From assembly GCF_006345805.1 (NCBI RefSeq), contig NC_043002.1, positions 45,136,001-45,200,000 of the forward strand: a DNA stretch of 64,000 nt, written 5' to 3'. Made by a program: the position numbers and the translations under genes. The notes below the pieces were generated by a model. The model was not told the DNA's origin and made no database searches. It saw only the letters and a list, made by a program, of their open reading frames with translations. Each line of letters starts with the position of its first letter. Position 1 is the first letter of the stretch. Source of the DNA: Octopus sinensis (lineage: Eukaryota). This document shows, in pieces, positions 62,574 through 64,000 of the stretch.

Positions 62574-62615
<42 letters not shown>

Positions 62616-62619
62616 ACTT

Positions 62620-62674
<55 letters not shown>

Positions 62675-62735
62675 CAATCAATCAATCAATCAAAACCAAT
62701 CAGAACGGCTCAATTTGTAGTTTCTGTCACAAGAC

Positions 62736-62794
62736 TTCTCTGACGGGGCATATGAAATATTTGCTATGCTGAAACACCGCTGGACATGTGAGAG
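62736..62794 (+). ncRNA. Degenerate hammerhead-like motif
   Basis: UUCU-CUGACGG-GGCAUA...UAUGCU-GAAACA...UGUG-AGAG. A9>G and a GUG triplet make it likely inactive. Confidence 0.4.
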
Positions 62795-62929
62795 ATGAAT
62801 AATGAATAACTTATTCACAAAGGACTTTGCGTTCCACATTCGTTCTTACAAAATTGCGGACTAACTAGATCAGCTCCTCTCTCTCCTCCTCTCTCTCCTC
62901 TCCCTCTCCCTTGCACTCACACACACATA

Positions 62930-63140
62930 TATTATTCAAATTTACAGAAAACAAAAGACGAAGACAGGTGAGGGAACAACAAGCAGTTGTATTAGTTTGA
63001 CACTTGGGAAGAATGGAAACGTCTTCGACGTTTCGAGCCTACGCTCTTCGACAGTAAGGGTTGAAGGGAAAAGACGAAGAGATTAAGAAAAAAGACAGAG
63101 AAAGAAAGAAATGTATAGAGATTAACAGTTCAACATGGTG
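62930..63140 (-). mobile_element. Diverged member of the 3547 HHR-element family (motif 63022-63059)
   Basis: aaacaaaagacgaagacaggtg...ttgtattagt...acgtttcgagcctacgctcttcgacag. Minus strand reads CUGUCGA-A-GAGC(GUAG)GCUC-GAAAC-GUC. Confidence 0.65.
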
Positions 63141-64000
63141 AATATATATATATGTGTGTGTGGTGTGTGTGTGTGTGTGTGGTGTGTGTGTGTGTGTGTG
63201 TGTATGTAGTGTGTGTGTGTGTGTGTGCATGTGAACACATGTGTACATATGTAGAAATGGGTGGGTGATATAGGAACATAAATAATTGGATCTGGCTAGT
63301 ATGGTTGGTGTAATTGCTACAAATTAATAGTTCGAAAGGAAAATGCACGGGATCAGAGTTCTCGTGGTGGTGGAGAATTCTGAGAAAGAACTGCGTAAAA
63401 CATCCAACAAAGAACTTTACAATTGGATATCGGGTAATTTTAGTTTGGGACTACAAAAATAGGTCGGAAATTATAGTAAGTGAGCGTATGTGTATTCGTG
63501 TTATATATAAAGGATAAACATAATATATAATTTGAGATATTCCAAAGCTGCTTAGGATATCTAATTGCTTAAATGATTGCTTTGCAACTTCAAGGTGTTA
63601 AGTACACAATAATTTTGTTTCTGTCTCCACTCCTAATAATAATTATTTATGAGTTCACTGCCTCTGAAGAACAGTGATACTGATGAATAATTTCCCATTT
63701 ATTTGTTATAATTACGATATATATTTTATTAATTTTTATACATTATACATTTTTTATAGGTTCCTATATAGAATATCTACGGCTACAAAATATTTATATT
63801 AAAAACAAAATAATTACCAGAAAAAATTAGTTTAGATGAAGACATAAAATGAAATTAAATGTTTTTTTTAAATGCTACACGACAAAATATTCGACAGAAA
63901 TTTAATATAGATAATAATCTGTAATTGAAGAAGGCTTTTTGACATAAATTAGATTAAATTTGCCAATATCTAAAATTTAGATTTAATAGAAAACTGCTCG

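Overview
AT-rich, repeat-dominated eukaryotic DNA. The tRNA-derived SINE families and dense (TA)n/(CA)n/(TACA)n microsatellites suggest a cephalopod such as Octopus (inference). I found no convincing host protein-coding gene; most ORFs in the track are translations of microsatellites or antisense to retroelements. The window holds CR1-group LINEs (one near full length), Hero-, R4/Dong-, Tx1- and RTE-like non-LTR remnants, three Penelope-like (PLE) GIY-YIG/RT remnants, a hAT (Charlie/SPIN-like) transposase pseudogene, two mariner remnants, many SINEs and a tRNA-Phe pseudogene. Two signals stand out. First, about 17 type I hammerhead-ribozyme (HHR) motifs, some degenerate, come from roughly 12 unrelated short non-coding families. 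Most sit in (TA)n arrays as tandem or inverted repeats (retrozyme/PLE-like), and in two cases the element boundary falls on the predicted self-cleavage site. Second, an ORF1-only zinc-knuckle retroelement (3 copies) and a SINE both share the 3' tail of a Tx1-like LINE found in the same window. All structures were folded and aligned by eye; boundaries of degenerate elements are approximate.
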